Positions 7,518 through 8,802 of a stretch of 8,802 nucleotides of DNA are shown here, piece by piece. Numbering within the stretch: the first letter of the stretch is position 1; the number at the start of each line of letters is the position of its first letter. The position numbers were made by a program, and so were the translations under genes. The DNA is taken from contig NW_021828306.1 of NCBI RefSeq assembly GCF_006345805.1, positions 1 through 8,802 on the forward strand, in the 5' to 3' direction. Origin of the DNA: Octopus sinensis. Lineage: Eukaryota. The notes under the pieces were generated by a model. The model was not told where the DNA came from and made no database searches. It was given only the letters and a program-made list of their open reading frames with translations.

Positions 7518-7578
7518 TCACCACTACAACCAATGCCATAACAAATACCACCACCGCAAAAACAACAACAACAACAAA
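7518..7578. repeat. Degenerate (ACC/ACA)n trinucleotide tract ending in (AAC)n
   Basis: tcaccactacaaccaatgccataacaaataccaccaccgcaaaaacaacaacaacaacaa. Confidence 0.8.
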
Positions 7579-7590
7579 GTAATCCCCGTC

Positions 7591-8057
7591 TTTCATAGCT
7601 TTCAGATTTTGTTGATGTCATTATTTATTTTTAGAATGACAGTGTAGGGTAGGTGTAAGAGACCAGATCTAGCTAGCTTGAACATAGAACAAGTAGTCTA
7701 TCTGAGCCAGGTATGATTAAATTAAAGTCCTTAACCATCAGATTATTCTCTCAAATGTAATCCTTACTTATTCACATTGTTTTGCAGTTGATCATGCATT
7801 CTTCTACTTGTTTCAGTCATTTGACTGTGGCCATGCTGGAGCACCGCCTTTAGTCGAACAAATCAACCCCAGGACTTATTCTTTGTAATCCTATTACTTA
7901 TTCTATCGGTCTCTTTTACCGAACCGCTATGTCACGGGGACGCAACACACCAGCATCGGTTATCAAGCGATGTTGGGAGGACAAACACAGGCACACAAAC
8001 ATATACACACATATACATACATACATACATAAATACATACATACATACATACATATT

Positions 8058-8091
<34 letters not shown>

Positions 8092-8640
8092 ATATATCTA
8101 TATATATATATATATATACATATATACGACGGGCTTCTTTCAGTTTCCGTCTACCAAATCCATTCACAAGGCTTTGGTCGGCCCGAAGCTATAGTAGAAG
8201 ACACGTGCCCGAGGTGCCACGCAGTGGGACTAAATCCAGAACCATGTGGTTGGTAAGCAAGCTACTTACCACACAGCCACTCCTACGCATTATTAAATAA
8301 ATTTAGATTTTGATGATGTGATTGTTTATTTTTAGAACGACATTGTAGGGTAGGTGTAAGAAGGCAAATCAGGCAAGTTTGAACATAAAACTGGTAGAAT
8401 ATCTGGGCCAGATATGATTGGTTTTATTCTTGAGAGTTCAGATTGCTCTGCCAAACGTAATGTTATTTGTTCACATTGTTCTGCAATTAATCATGCATTA
8501 TCTCAAAGTTTCGAGATATCAATGATGTGATTGTTTATTATTAAAATGACATTGTAGGATAGGTGTGAGAGGCTGGATCTAGCTTGCGTAGACGTAAAAC
8601 CAACAGAATACTGACAGGACTGGTTTAAATGCTAGACGGT
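7591..8640. repeat. Three tandem diverged copies of a ~210-bp MITE-like repeat (A 7591-~7728 partial; B 7731-7800 plus 8289-~8437, split by a SINE; C ~8437-8640)
   Basis: The anchor tgtagg(g/a)taggtgt occurs at 7643, 8344 and 8553. ttcacattgtt...atcatgcatt occurs at ~7771-7800 and ~8470-8499. B-to-C spacing is 209 bp. A-to-B spacing is 701 bp, which is ~213 bp after removing the 488-bp SINE. The ends ttaacc.. (7731) and ..aatgctagacggt (8628-8640) look like decayed TTAA-CCC..AGCATT / AATGCT..GGG-TTAA termini (piggyBac-like; from recollection). Confidence 0.8.
7801..8288 (-). mobile_element. tRNA-derived SINE, family 2, full length with internal (TA)n/(TACA)n microsatellite
   Basis: The minus strand starts gcgtaggagTGGCTGTGTGGtaagtagcttgct (A box), then has a degenerate B box ggatttagtccc, then cctcgggcacgtgtcttctactatagc...gacggaaactgaaagaagcccgtcg. 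A microsatellite occupies ~8000-8126, followed by a 3' part ending ggccacagtcaaatgactgaaacaagtagaag. It interrupts repeat copy B exactly, with GCATT on both sides (7796-7800, 8287-8291). Confidence 0.9.
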
Positions 8641-8667
8641 GCACCGTTATTTATGTCTTCTGTCTTT

Positions 8668-8721
8668 TATTTGTTTCTGTTATTAGACTGTGGCCATGCT
8701 GGAGCATGGTCACAGTCTAAT
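8668..8721. repeat. Family-2 SINE 3'-end fragment folded into a near-perfect palindrome
   Basis: gactgtggccatgctggagca matches 7823-7843. The arms are 8682-8700 and 8703-8721 (19 bp, one mismatch) with a 2-nt GG spacer. Confidence 0.85.
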
Positions 8722-8802
8722 TACACTTCACACATACACCCCTCAAGTACATACATATATTCATACATATATACACACATGTATGTCCTGTTCTTCTCAA
8801 CT

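Noticed and set aside
6578-8300. ORFs 6578-6832, 7142-7492 and 7929-8300
   Set aside because: They are antisense read-throughs of SINE copies and microsatellite. The homologous copies do not preserve the frames.

Overview
This is an AT-rich, repeat-dominated, non-coding eukaryotic window with no credible intact protein-coding gene. Almost all predicted ORFs are translations of microsatellites or of interspersed repeats. The repeat families resemble those I recall from octopus (cephalopod) genomes; this is an inference from memory, not a database result. In order, the window holds: ~1.5 kb of degenerate CAT/CAC/ACC trinucleotide repeats; a decayed LINE ORF2 C-terminal fragment (minus strand); a retroelement 3' end with an (AAT)n tail; a ~360-bp Penelope-like element in (TA)n carrying a type I hammerhead ribozyme fold with a long nested stem II (minus strand, 3023-3153); many dinucleotide microsatellites; six head-to-tail tRNA-derived SINEs with three different 3' tails, interrupted by a second, minimal hammerhead-like motif (6766-6801); a ~210-bp MITE-like repeat in three tandem copies, one split by a second SINE family; and a near-perfect 40-bp palindrome made from a SINE 3' end. 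The most notable signals are the two hammerhead-like motifs and the modular, recombining SINE array.
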